Under the pieces are notes generated by a model. It made no database searches and was not told the origin of the DNA. It saw only the letters and a list, made by a program, of their open reading frames with translations. Positions 19,303 through 29,095 of a DNA stretch of 64,000 bases are shown here, piece by piece (positions within the stretch are counted from its first letter, which is position 1; each line of letters begins with the position of its first letter). The translations under genes were made by a program, and so were the position numbers. Origin of the DNA: Minisyncoccia bacterium (GTDB taxonomy: Bacteria; Patescibacteriota; Minisyncoccia; Phycocordibacterales; CAJBRS01); contig JBBQRF010000003.1 in assembly GCA_038215155.1 (NCBI GenBank), forward strand, positions 65,904-129,903, in the 5' to 3' direction.

Positions 19303-20475
19303 TTAAAGGCTGTCTTGCTGCAAGGAGAGATTGCCGGTCGCCCGAAAATCTAAGACCGGTTTATGGTCATTGAGAGATTTAAAATAGCCAGCCATAGCAA
19401 TCATTACGGCATTATCTGTTGAGAGGGAGGGCTGTGGAGTTAGAAGTTTGGTCTCGCCTCCCTCCTTAATTAATTTTTGAAATTCTTGGCGCAGGTGACT
19501 ATTAGCTATTACACCCCCACCCACTATTAATGTTTTAATATTAAATTCTTCAATAGCTTTTTTGGTTTTATATATCAGCACTTCTGTAACTGCGTCCTCG
19601 AATTCTTGCGCTAACTCCTCCTTCCAGAAAGGCAAAAGTTTTTCTGCCTGCGACATTTCTCGAATTCGGTAAAGTACGGCTGTTTTCAAACCAGAAAAAG
19701 AAAAATCATAATCAGGAGAGTTTAGCATGGGACGCGGCAACTTTGTTATTTGATGATTGGATCTTTCTGAAGTTCTGGCTTTTTCCGCTAATTTAGATAT
19801 CTCAGGTCCGCCAGGATAGGGAAGTTCTAACATTCTGGCCACCTTATCAAAAGCTTCGCCGACAGCGTCGTCTCTCGTTCTGCCTAGAATTTCATATTGT
19901 TGCCAATCTCTCATCAGTACTAATTCTGTATGGCCTCCGCTAATTAAAAGGGCTAGTGCGGGAAAGGTAACGGGCTGACTCTGATCTAAGAGAACGGAAA
20001 GTATGTGGCCTTCCATATGATTAATAGGTAAAACAAGTAAATCCCACACTAAACCCAAAGCCCGAGCGAAGTTAACGCCAACCCAAAGTGCAGGCTCGAG
20101 CCCAGGACCAACTGTAACCGCAATAACGTCGATGTCGGGCTTTGGTATTGTAGGAATTACTTCTAAAAATTGTTGAAGTAATTCCGTCTCCCGTTCTAAA
20201 ATTTTTTTAATCTCTTCCTCATTTTCTATCTTTAAATCGCGTGGTTTTTCTAACTGGAACCCTTTTAATAAATCCTTCAGTAAGGGAACCAAATTTTTAG
20301 AATGCTCTCTTTTTGCCATCATTGGATAGACACCACCATATTTCTCATGGATCTTAGTTTGAGAATTAATAGCTTCAGAAATTACCTTAAAATGCGGATG
20401 GCTAAGCCCGCCATCTGCCTCCACAATTGCTAAAGCCGTCTCATCACAACTAGTTTCAATTCCAAGAATTTTCAT
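19303..20475 (-). CDS. tsaD: tRNA t6A threonylcarbamoyltransferase TsaD
   Basis: ILGIETSCDET, GPGL, NHMEGH, SGGHT, DDAVGEAFDK, TDNAVMIA. Confidence 0.95.
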   Translation of the reverse strand: MKILGIETSCDETALAIVEADGGLSHPHFKVISEAINSQTKIHEKYGGVYPMMAKREHSKNLVPLLKDLLKGFQLEKPRDLKIENEEEIKKILERETELLQQFLEVIPTIPKPDIDVIAVTVGPGLEPALWVGVNFARALGLVWDLLVLPINHMEGHILSVLLDQSQPVTFPALALLISGGHTELVLMRDWQQYEILGRTRDDAVGEAFDKVARMLELPYPGGPEISKLAEKARTSERSNHQITKLPRPMLNSPDYDFSFSGLKTAVLYRIREMSQAEKLLPFWKEELAQEFEDAVTEVLIYKTKKAIEEFNIKTLIVGGGVIANSHLRQEFQKLIKEGGETKLLTPQPSLSTDNAVMIAMAGYFKSLNDHKPVLDFRATGNLSLQQDSL

Positions 20476-20492
20476 ATATAAAAATAGGATTC

Positions 20493-20538
20493 GGTCACAC
20501 ATAATTTTTTGCTAAAAATTTGTGCGACCCCGTCTCGC
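20493..20538 (-). repeat. Palindromic repeat family B, downstream of tRNA-Val
   Basis: GGTCAC...hairpin...GCGACCCCGTCTCG, as at 39834 and 50644. Confidence 0.65.
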
Positions 20539-20623
20539 GCCGTCGCGCTCCGACCTTCGAATCCTCTATCACCGCCCAATGACAACCACTCGAAGTGCTC
20601 CCAGCACTTCTTGCGGATCATTG

Positions 20624-20696
20624 TGGGCGATAGAGGATTCGAACCTCTGACATCAACAACGTCAATGTTGCGCTCTACCAACTGAGCTAATCGCCC
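20624..20696 (-). tRNA. tRNA-Val(GAC)
   Basis: GGGCGAT/ATCGCCC acceptor, CAACA-TTGACGT-TGTTG, GGTTCGAATCC. Confidence 0.95.
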
Positions 20697-20702
20697 TTTT
20701 AA

Positions 20703-20833
20703 ACGCGGTAAGGGTAAACACTACCTAACAATCTTCTGACCGATCTTGGAGCATGGAAGCTACTTAGCCATAGAATTATTCTCACCCCCTAGACAACGTC
20801 AATGTTGCGCTCTACCAACTGAGCTAACCGCGC
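20703..20833 (-). ncRNA. tRNA-Val-like RNA or pseudo-tRNA with T-arm replaced by a long structured segment
   Basis: GCGCGGT/ACCGCGT acceptor stem; D-arm and GAC loop identical to the neighbouring tRNA-Val; no TTCGA loop. Confidence 0.6.
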
Positions 20834-21328
20834 TTAGAATCAATTTATCATTTTATATTTACCTAAACAAATTTCCCAAAAAAACCGCCTTTGTATAAAG
20901 CCTTGCTCCGTCTATTAGAGGGTGCCTAAGGTTATAACCTATTTAAATAAAACCTAAAAGTTAGATTGAATAGCTTGAAATATTCCTTTATTTTGCTCGA
21001 CAGTGTAATTATAAGCGTCGTTAAAATTGAATTTAAAAAAAGATAGATATACCCCTAGAATTATTAAAGCAACTAAGTAAAAAACTTTTGACTTCATAAA
21101 GTTATTATAGACCGGTTTGCAACAGATGAATATTGGCTGTGTGGGTAGGGATCTAACCCTAGAGAGTCTCTGGTGAATTCATGCCCACGATCACAGATAA
21201 TTTTCTCGCCGATGGTATCCGAAATCCTATGCGTCGCCAGCACAAACGTCTTTTGTTTAGCCATAACTCACAAAAGTCTAAGTGCTTCGACATCACGAAT
21301 ATATAGTCGCTTCGCTCGTTATATTCTG

Positions 21329-21400
21329 TGACCCTACCGGGAATCGAACCCGGATTACCAGCTTGAAAAGCTGATGTCCTAACCGTTAGACGATAGGGCC
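21329..21400 (-). tRNA. tRNA-Glu(TTC)
   Basis: GGCCCTA/TAGGGTC, TCAGC-TTTTCAA-GCTGG, GGTTCGATTCC. Confidence 0.95.
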
Positions 21401-21477
21401 GTAAAATTGCTTTTAAAATATAGCATTTTTTGGACTTTTAACATAAATGGTACAAAAAATGTTAGGATTTCTGAATT

Positions 21478-21564
21478 GGAGGGGTGGCTGAGTGGTTGAA
21501 AGCACCGGTTTCGAAAACCGGCAGGGGAGAAATCTCCTCGTGGGTTCAAATCCCACCTCCTCCG
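21478..21564 (+). tRNA. tRNA-Ser(CGA)
   Basis: GGAGGGG/CTCCTCC-G, CCGGT-TTCGAAA-ACCGG, long variable arm. Confidence 0.95.
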
Positions 21565-21785
21565 CTGGTTCGAATAATTCTATGGTAAGAAGCCCTAAAC
21601 TCCAATGTATGTGGCAGGATGTTTTGAAGAATTTTCCTCCCGCCTCCGCAAAAATAAGGAACGAAGTGACTATATTTTTGCAGCCCTTCGCCCGAGGGCT
21701 CAGGATCTTCGAGATGCCGCAAAGACAAATTTTTATATATTTACAATGGTGCAGAAAATTTATTTTACCCCAACCTTCGAATTAA

Positions 21786-22292
21786 ATGAAAAAATACACC
21801 AGTAAAACTTTCAATTATTCCCGAGATTATTCAAAAATAGATTTTCGGAAAAATCCGGAAATGTATCAGGTGGGCAGGGGAGAGCAGGGGGTACTTCTGG
21901 TGGAGCCGTACAAAAGTGAAATACTTCCATATTGGCGGTTTAGAACAGCGGAAATAGCGCGAGGATCGGCCGAACAAATTTTTGTCTTATTTAAAAATTA
22001 CAAAAAAGAAAAAGATTTTGTCGGAATGGATATGGCCCGAAAATTTCTTCAGATGGGCTACACGCGCTCAAGACGATATGCAAATCATAAAGATGGCCGT
22101 AAGTATTTAAAAAATCCACAAAGAGAAAATTCCAAAAAAGCGGAGAAATCAGCACGTCAAAAAATTCGTCCCCTAGAAAAAGATTTTTTAACCAGCGATA
22201 AAGCTGAAGCTGCTCGAATCTTTTACGCTTATTATCAAAAAGCTAAGACGGATAGCGTCTATCGCCGACTACGGGAATTAAAGAAAAACTAA
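21786..22292 (+). CDS. DUF4385 family protein
   Basis: GRGEQGVLLVEPYKSEILPYWRF, DFVGMDMARKFLQMGYTRSRRYANH. Confidence 0.88.
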   Translation: MKKYTSKTFNYSRDYSKIDFRKNPEMYQVGRGEQGVLLVEPYKSEILPYWRFRTAEIARGSAEQIFVLFKNYKKEKDFVGMDMARKFLQMGYTRSRRYANHKDGRKYLKNPQRENSKKAEKSARQKIRPLEKDFLTSDKAEAARIFYAYYQKAKTDSVYRRLRELKKN

Positions 22293-22308
22293 AATTTTAA
22301 TATACATA

Positions 22309-22334
22309 AAAACCGCCTTAGTAAAAGCGGTTTT
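22309..22334. terminator. Bidirectional terminator-like hairpin
   Basis: AAAACCGC...GCGGTTTT between convergent genes. Confidence 0.55.
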
Positions 22335-22392
22335 CAGCCCAAACCTCACCAGTTTCCTTATTATAATCTCAAGATTCGGAGTGTCAACACAA

Positions 22393-23316
22393 TTATTTTG
22401 TATGCAAATGGACGTAAATGTCTTCGAGGGCTTTGACGGCGTCGCCGGCGGCAATGTTGTTTTGGTGGTATAGGCCATCCGTGCAGTCGCCGGCGGCCCA
22501 GATGCCGGCGACAGATGTCTGCTGACTTTTTGAGTTTACCACGATTTGGCCGTAACCATTTTTATCTAAAAGATTGCCAATAAAATCGGTTGAAGGAATA
22601 AGACCAATCTCCACAAAGACTGCTACTACCGGAAGTTCTGTGGTCTCATTTGATTCTTTATTTTTATAAATAACTGATTTTACAAACTTCTCACCTTTCA
22701 CTTCCAATAACTCAGCATTTAGGACGGCATGAACTTTTGGATTAGAAAGGACTTTTTTTACCGTCACTGGATCGGCGCGGAATTCCTCACTTCGGTTTAG
22801 GATGGTCACACTTTTGCAATATGCTAAAAGTTGAGCAGCGGATTCAAAGGCGGCATTACCACCGCCAACTACTGCCACGTCTTGCCCGGCAAAAATGGGA
22901 CCATCACACGAAGCACAATAAGTGATGCCCTTGTTTTCAAATTGCTCAGCACCGGGAACGGTAATTTTGCGGCGAGTGCTGCCGACCGTGATTAGGATGG
23001 TCTTTGTTTCGAATTCTTCTCCAGAAGTTTTAATTAAAAATCCAGTAGCAGTTTTTTCAATGGATTTTACTAAAATTCCTTCTTTTAAATCGACAACGTC
23101 TTCGGCATAGGCAAGTAGGTGCTGACGAAAAGAAGTCGCTAGATTAATTCCACTAATAGAAATGGTACCAATCCAATTTTGAATGTCCTCGGAAACATTA
23201 CTTTGGCCACCCAATTCTTTAGCGATGAGGACCGTTTTGAGGCGTTTACGCGCCGCGTAAACGCCGGCGGCGACCCCGCCGGGGCCGCCGCCTATAATAG
23301 CTAAATCATAAATCAT
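22393..23316 (-). CDS. trxB: Thioredoxin-disulfide reductase (TrxB/AhpF-like)
   Basis: GGGPGG, CASCDG, GGGNAA, AAGD. Confidence 0.88.
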   Translation of the reverse strand: MIYDLAIIGGGPGGVAAGVYAARKRLKTVLIAKELGGQSNVSEDIQNWIGTISISGINLATSFRQHLLAYAEDVVDLKEGILVKSIEKTATGFLIKTSGEEFETKTILITVGSTRRKITVPGAEQFENKGITYCASCDGPIFAGQDVAVVGGGNAAFESAAQLLAYCKSVTILNRSEEFRADPVTVKKVLSNPKVHAVLNAELLEVKGEKFVKSVIYKNKESNETTELPVVAVFVEIGLIPSTDFIGNLLDKNGYGQIVVNSKSQQTSVAGIWAAGDCTDGLYHQNNIAAGDAVKALEDIYVHLHTK

Positions 23317-23334
23317 AGATAGGAGTCTGAAAAA

Positions 23335-24495
23335 TTATTTTAATTTGGATCTTCGGAGAAAGGCGGGAACTGCACCCCAATCATCATCATCTCCCACTGT
23401 CTCAATTTTTTTCTCCTCGGTTTTGGTTATGGTGCTAGCACCGTTGTTCTGAGTTGTCCCATTACCCAAAGTATTGTAGATCTTTCCTTTTTCTGCTTTT
23501 AATTCAAATTCTGTTTGGAGAGCGGGTCGGCGTCCGGCACCATCCGGAAAACCAGAAGCAATGACAGTAACTTTAATCTCACCTTTCTTTAGTCGGTCAT
23601 CTTTAATAGTTCCGAAAATAACTTTAGCTGTTGGATCAATGGATTCAGTAATGACTTTGGCGGCATCTTGTATTTCATGAAGGGTAACATCATCACCACC
23701 AGCAATTGAGAAAAGAACCCCTTTGGCCCCATTAATAGAAGTATCAAGAAGGGGGGAACTGATAGCCATTCTAGCGGCCTCTACGGCTCGATTCTCTCCT
23801 GAAGCCATGCCGATGCCCATGAGGGCTGATCCAGCATTGGACATCACCGCTCGAATATCAGCAAAGTCAATATTGATGAATCCTGGAGTAGTAATGAGAT
23901 CGGAAATACCTTCTACGGCCTGCTTTAAAATCTCATCACACATGGCAAAAGCGTTTTTAGCCGTCGTTTCCTTGGAAACTGTGCTTAATAAACGATCGTT
24001 CGGAATGACCACTAAGGCATCTACTTCTTTGGAAAGTTCCGCAAGACCTTCTTCAGCAAGCTTTAGTCGCTGCTGACCTTCAAAGAAGAAAGGTTTTGTT
24101 ACTACGCCTACTGTCAAAGCTCCAAGTTCTTTTGCAGTCTTTGCTACTATCGGAGAAGCTCCGGTACAAGTTCCACCGCCCATTCCACCAGTGATGAATA
24201 CCATGTCGGCTCCCTTAAGAGCTTCTTGAATTTCTTCTTTAGTTTCTTCAATGGCACGTCTGCCCATTTCAGGATTCATTCCAGTACCTAAACCTTTAGT
24301 AAGATTTTTTCCAATATGAATTTTCTTTTTTGCTAAGGAGTGATGAAGATCCTGGGCGTCGGTGTTTACCGCAATAAAATCAACTCCTTTAACTTTCCTA
24401 CTAACCATATGGTTCAAGGCGTTCTTTCCTGAACCACCAACACCAACTACTTTAATCCGAGCAAATGTTTCAACTTCTGGTTTAATTTGGGGCAT
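23335..24495 (-). CDS. ftsZ: Cell division protein FtsZ
   Basis: [21 protein letters not shown]-terminal VPAFLRR. Confidence 0.97.
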   Translation of the reverse strand: MPQIKPEVETFARIKVVGVGGSGKNALNHMVSRKVKGVDFIAVNTDAQDLHHSLAKKKIHIGKNLTKGLGTGMNPEMGRRAIEETKEEIQEALKGADMVFITGGMGGGTCTGASPIVAKTAKELGALTVGVVTKPFFFEGQQRLKLAEEGLAELSKEVDALVVIPNDRLLSTVSKETTAKNAFAMCDEILKQAVEGISDLITTPGFINIDFADIRAVMSNAGSALMGIGMASGENRAVEAARMAISSPLLDTSINGAKGVLFSIAGGDDVTLHEIQDAAKVITESIDPTAKVIFGTIKDDRLKKGEIKVTVIASGFPDGAGRRPALQTEFELKAEKGKIYNTLGNGTTQNNGASTITKTEEKKIETVGDDDDWGAVPAFLRRSKLK

Positions 24496-24597
24496 ATTTA
24501 TGACAACTTAAAATGACGAGTTAAATAAGAATAACGATTTAAAGAATCCCTCTTTAATAGTCTCATCATACAAAAGAGCAGGGGAATATGCAAAGGC

Positions 24598-25782
24598 CTA
24601 AGGGAGAAGTTTTTTAATCCAGCGCCACAATTGGCTAGGAGTTTCCTTAATGCCAGTTAGGCCCAGATCGGAGATGATATTTTCATCGGAAGAGGTTAAG
24701 CCCAAAATACAAAGACCGTAAGCCACGGCCCACTCTGAACCTTTCAGAACGCCTTTAACATTCCCTTCAAATTTTAAGTCCGGCCGTTTTGATGGGAGCT
24801 TTAATGCGGCTCGAGCCATGTCTTCAATTGTTGCAACACCCGAACCACCACCAGTGATGATAATGCCGGCTGGTAAGAGTCCATTCCTACCAATTTTTCG
24901 TAGATGAGCTTCTATTAATTCAAAAATATCAGAAAGTCGAGCGATGACAATTTCGTCTAATTTTTTCTTTGACACTTTCTCTCCAGGATTACTTCCGAGC
25001 TTCACTCGCTCAGCTTCATCAAGAGGAATTTTTAATCCTAGAGCAATATCATTTGTAATATCATTGGAGCCAATCGGAAAGACCTCCAAGGAAATAGGAA
25101 TATCATTTTCAAATACAACAATAGAAACTGTTTCAGATCCAATATTGGTTAGGACGCAACCGGCAATTTTTTGAGTTTTATTTAATATGATTAAACTAGC
25201 AGCTAGTGGTGCAGCCATGACATCTTCTACTTCTACTCCGGCTTTTTCAACGGCGCTAATAATGTCATTTAAATGGTGGGAGAGAGAAGTGATGAAAAGT
25301 GTACGGACTTCAAGCTTGGACCCCTTCATTCCTTCGGGACGACCTAAAACAATTTTGCCGTCTACTTTATATTGAAGAGGAATGGTATGGAGAATAGTTC
25401 TGTTAATAGAAAGAGAGGAAGAAATCTCACTTTCGCTACTCTCTACCACTTTTCGCACGTCTGCTTCGCTAATTTCTAAATCAGCGCGAGTGGTAATAAT
25501 TGAGCCCAGAGAGATAAAGGCTGAGAGACCGATGCCACCAAAACCTAAATAGGCTTTATGGATCTTAATTCCTGACGCTTTTTCTGCCTGACGAATGGCA
25601 CTACTAATACTCCTAGCTGCATCCTCTACGTTGATGACATATCCATGTCTTAATCCTTTGGTTTCGGCTAGGCCCGTGCCAATCATTCGGGGACCGCTTT
25701 TGCCATCATTAAATGTCTCAGCCACCACCACCTTGATTTGGTAGCTGCCGATGTCTATTCCTACTGCAATGTGGCGAGCCAT
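24598..25782 (-). CDS. ftsA: Cell division protein FtsA
   Basis: GIDIGSYQIK, ITNDIA, ITGGGS; upstream of ftsZ. Confidence 0.93.
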   Translation of the reverse strand: MARHIAVGIDIGSYQIKVVVAETFNDGKSGPRMIGTGLAETKGLRHGYVINVEDAARSISSAIRQAEKASGIKIHKAYLGFGGIGLSAFISLGSIITTRADLEISEADVRKVVESSESEISSSLSINRTILHTIPLQYKVDGKIVLGRPEGMKGSKLEVRTLFITSLSHHLNDIISAVEKAGVEVEDVMAAPLAASLIILNKTQKIAGCVLTNIGSETVSIVVFENDIPISLEVFPIGSNDITNDIALGLKIPLDEAERVKLGSNPGEKVSKKKLDEIVIARLSDIFELIEAHLRKIGRNGLLPAGIIITGGGSGVATIEDMARAALKLPSKRPDLKFEGNVKGVLKGSEWAVAYGLCILGLTSSDENIISDLGLTGIKETPSQLWRWIKKLLP

Positions 25783-25800
25783 TTTAAATATAAAAAAAGA

Positions 25801-26166
25801 TTAATTTTTGATTTTGAATAAATTTTGAAATTTTTTTTCCTCACTATCCATTTTACTACCATGTTGCATGCCTTTCAAATGACATAAGCCATGTATAAAA
25901 ATGGCGGGTAGAGAAATATTCTTTAGGGCGGCTAGAGTGATGAAAATTTCTCCTTCATTTTTTCCGATAGAAAAGCTTAATATATTCGCCACTTTATTTT
26001 TTTGGCGATATTTTTCATTTAGTTTTTTAGAATGAGAGGGAGTAGTGAAAACAAGACTGAGAACGTACTTCTTGCCCAGGATTTTATTCTTAATAACTTG
26101 AAGCCGAGCGCCGGCTACTGCCGGCGCTCGGCTTGTCAAATTAGTAATACTAAAATTATCGTCCAC
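25801..26166 (-). CDS. ybeY: rRNA maturation RNase YbeY
   Basis: LNEKYRQKNKVANILSF, IHGLCHLKGMQH; start uncertain. Confidence 0.85.
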   Translation of the reverse strand: MDDNFSITNLTSRAPAVAGARLQVIKNKILGKKYVLSLVFTTPSHSKKLNEKYRQKNKVANILSFSIGKNEGEIFITLAALKNISLPAIFIHGLCHLKGMQHGSKMDSEEKKFQNLFKIKN

Positions 26167-26407
26167 CGCTTGAATGAGTTTCGCGCGGTTTAAGTTTGCC
26201 GAGTTTAATCATTGTCTCGATTTCCTGTCTCTTACCTAAACTTTTTAAAGCCTTCTTCTTTCGTACATATGGGGAGGCAGTTCGCTGACTATAGCGAATA
26301 GAACGGACACGGTTTAAAATGCCAGCCTCTTGGACTCGCCGAGTAAATTTTCGGATCAAAGTAGCGTTATTTTCGTTGTTATTTCGGCTGACTTCTACGT
26401 TTATCAT
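26156..26407 (-). CDS. rpsU: 30S ribosomal protein bS21
   Basis: VEV...ENNATLIRKFTRRVQEAGIL...R..RY, basic. Confidence 0.75.
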   Translation of the reverse strand: MINVEVSRNNNENNATLIRKFTRRVQEAGILNRVRSIRYSQRTASPYVRKKKALKSLGKRQEIETMIKLGKLKPRETHSSGGR

Positions 26408-26428
26408 AAGGATTCCTAGAATAGCACA

Positions 26429-27652
26429 CTATTTCAACTTCTTCAAATACTTCACTAAATCACTAAGCATTACCGTGTTTTGAGAGCGATTATTCATATT
26501 TCTCACCACTGCGCTGCCTTCTAAAGCCTCCTTTTGTCCCATGATAATGACATAGGGAATGTTTAATTTCTCTGCGGTAGCAATTTGTGAAGCAAACTTA
26601 TCTTTACTGAGGGACTGACTAATGGGAATCTTTGCTTGCCTTAGCATTTCCATAATTTTTAAACTACGAAGTTTGGCATCAAAACCAAACTGAATGAAAT
26701 AGAATTTTGGTGCTACGTCCCGCTTGCGGCTACTTTTCTTTACGTGATCTGGGTGAATTAGTATAGCCACGCCCACTGACGGTATGTCTTTCTTATTCCA
26801 AACTTTTTTAGCTAGACCGTTATAACGCTCGCCAATAGCAAAAATACTAATCTCGCCATTTTTTTTATTTGTTCCGCGAATTTCAAAAATAGTGCCGCTG
26901 CAGAAACTTCGACTGCCAACTAATGAGTGTTCAATATTGTAGGGGAGGGATAATGACTCCAAATACTCTAAAACTTCTTTAAAATGGACTCGACTTGGCT
27001 CAGAGAGAAAACTCATCGCTTTAGGAGCATTTTCTTGAAGGGCCAAACATTCTTTTTCTTTACAATGAAGAATTTCAAATACATCTTTTTTAAAAGTGGC
27101 CCGACAATGAGCAGGTAATTCATTCCAATTTTTTCGATAGTAGTTAGCCAATTCCCGACTAAAGCGGCCAATCGATTCTTTGTCGCCAATGCTATTAATA
27201 GAGATACAGAGTTCTTCGGCAGGGTATTGTTCGGCCAAGATAATGTAAGCCGTCTCAATTATCATGGCGTCAGCAATACTTTTTGAATTACCTAAAATTT
27301 CTAGATTAAAAGTCTTCTCCCGTTTAATTTGTCGCATGTGAGTATTTCCAGCAATAGGACCTTCGTAATAGACTAGAGCGGGCATTCCCAAATGTGCCAA
27401 CTTTTTTTCCAATAAATTGCGCAAGATGGCAATTTTTTCTTCTAAGAATCCAGAAAATTTAAACTCGTCTTCTTTAAAAGGGTGAACTTCTTTTGAATGC
27501 CAATCATGAAATGCCCGAGCCTTAGTAAGGTCTTCTTTTTCTACGGACAGTTTTGGAACGGGACAAAAACCATAAAATTTTGCCGTCTCAGTGGCTTGCT
27601 CGTACTCACGGCTAGTCTTTTTCCCTATTTTAGCTTTTGTCTTTTCTTTCAT
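26429..27652 (-). CDS. Histidyl-tRNA synthetase-like protein, degenerate catalytic motifs
   Basis: ADAMII, INSIGDKE, HFKEVLEYL, HGTP anticodon domain; canonical motif 2 and GLDYY missing. Confidence 0.75.
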   Translation of the reverse strand: MKEKTKAKIGKKTSREYEQATETAKFYGFCPVPKLSVEKEDLTKARAFHDWHSKEVHPFKEDEFKFSGFLEEKIAILRNLLEKKLAHLGMPALVYYEGPIAGNTHMRQIKREKTFNLEILGNSKSIADAMIIETAYIILAEQYPAEELCISINSIGDKESIGRFSRELANYYRKNWNELPAHCRATFKKDVFEILHCKEKECLALQENAPKAMSFLSEPSRVHFKEVLEYLESLSLPYNIEHSLVGSRSFCSGTIFEIRGTNKKNGEISIFAIGERYNGLAKKVWNKKDIPSVGVAILIHPDHVKKSSRKRDVAPKFYFIQFGFDAKLRSLKIMEMLRQAKIPISQSLSKDKFASQIATAEKLNIPYVIIMGQKEALEGSAVVRNMNNRSQNTVMLSDLVKYLKKLK

Positions 27653-28263
27653 TATTTCAATTGCTCTCTGGCTGCTCCAGGCATGAAGTTGATTCGGTCA
27701 GGGGGCAAGAGACGAAGAAAAGCGCGACCAACGATTTCGTTCCTACTAACTGGTCCCCAAGCGCGTGAATCAAAACTTACAGGGCGATTATCTCCCATGA
27801 CAAAATATTGATCGGGACCCAAATTAATAGTTTCATCTTTTTCACCTCCATACTTTAAATAGGATTCATTTAAAGTAAATCCATTAGGATGATCGGCATT
27901 TTTAATAGTAACTACCCCATTACTAATAGTCAGAGTGTCATTGGGTAAACCAATAATTCTTTTAATGTAATAAATGCCAGACTGCGGCTTGGTGCCAGAG
28001 TCAATGAAAGCGGCCCGGGGAGGATGAAAGATAACGACGTCGCCACGAGACGGATTGCCTAGGTAATAGGAGAGCTCGTCTACTATTAAATATTCACCAC
28101 CAGAAAAAGTCGGCTCCATAGATGTGCCGACCACAATGAATGGTTGGGCTACAAATAATCGCAAGGGAATGAGAATAACTAAAATAAAAAAGACGAATTT
28201 CACCAATTCTTTGAAAAAACCGCCTTTCTTAGGGGTATTTTCAATTTGAGCATCTTCCGGCAT
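27652..28263 (-). CDS. lepB: Signal peptidase I
   Basis: GTSMEPT, RGDVVIF, IKRIIGLP, GDNR..S.DSR. Confidence 0.95.
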   Translation of the reverse strand: MPEDAQIENTPKKGGFFKELVKFVFFILVILIPLRLFVAQPFIVVGTSMEPTFSGGEYLIVDELSYYLGNPSRGDVVIFHPPRAAFIDSGTKPQSGIYYIKRIIGLPNDTLTISNGVVTIKNADHPNGFTLNESYLKYGGEKDETINLGPDQYFVMGDNRPVSFDSRAWGPVSRNEIVGRAFLRLLPPDRINFMPGAAREQLK

Positions 28264-28360
28264 GGCACCATCATATAGGCAAAGCTGGCTTGACACAAGA
28301 ATAGAATGCGTGTTATCGCTAAATGTTGTAGGTGGGGCAATCTAGCGGTAAGATTGTCAT

Positions 28361-28951
28361 ATGTTTTATGTTGTTGGCTTAGGCAATCCTGGAGAAGAAT
28401 ATGAAAATACTCGTCACAACGCTGGGCGTATGATGGTAGAAGATTTTGCTCGACGGAATAAGTTGGGAGAGTTTAAATTAAATAAAAAAATTCAGGCACT
28501 CTCGGCCGATGCGAAGCTAGGCCGCGAGGCAATCTCTTTAATTTTACCGGAGACCTTTATGAATAAATCTGGGCAATCATTGAAGCCATTAATTACCAGT
28601 AAAAAGAAAGCCGAGGCGCTTATCGTCATTAATGATGATTTGGATCTGCCTCTTGGACGTTTCAAAATTACTTACAATCGCGGCTCTGGCGGTCACAAAG
28701 GAGTGGAGTCAATCATCCGAGCTATCAGAACAGAAAGTTTTGTGCGAATCAAAGTCGGTATTTCACCGACGACCGCTTCGGGTAAAATTCGCAAACCCGA
28801 TTCCAAAAAGATTTTAGATTTTATTGTCGGACCTCTTAAAAAACCAGAATTAGAAACACTAAAAAAACTTTCTAAAAAAATCTCTGAGGCGATTGAAATG
28901 ATTGTGACTGAAGGCAGGGAGCGAGCGATGGGAGAGTTTAATAGTTTGTAA
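28361..28951 (+). CDS. pth: Peptidyl-tRNA hydrolase
   Basis: VGLGNPG..Y..TRHNAG, FMNKSG, DDLDL, GGHKG. Confidence 0.95.
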   Translation: MFYVVGLGNPGEEYENTRHNAGRMMVEDFARRNKLGEFKLNKKIQALSADAKLGREAISLILPETFMNKSGQSLKPLITSKKKAEALIVINDDLDLPLGRFKITYNRGSGGHKGVESIIRAIRTESFVRIKVGISPTTASGKIRKPDSKKILDFIVGPLKKPELETLKKLSKKISEAIEMIVTEGRERAMGEFNSL

Positions 28952-28986
28952 ACTACCTAACGAAATTGGGGATTCGGAAATAGTTT

Positions 28987-29085
28987 TAAAATCCTCCCGC
29001 ACCTACGAACTTTTGGCGAGGGCGCTCCGGGCCGCTAGGCCAAGTCTTACCCTCGCCAAAAGTTGTAGGATGCGTCCGGATTTTA
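28987..29085 (-). repeat. Palindromic repeat family A, copy 2
   Basis: Near-identical reverse complement of 11955-12053. Confidence 0.85.
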
Positions 29086-29095
29086 GCCTCTAAAT

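Noticed and set aside
20840-21110. AT-rich gap as replication origin
   Set aside because: No TTATCCACA DnaA boxes or dnaA/dnaN nearby; likely tRNA promoter region.
20472-21805. Short ORFs at 20472, 21492, 21546 and 21605
   Set aside because: They are translations of tRNA genes and adjacent palindromic repeats.
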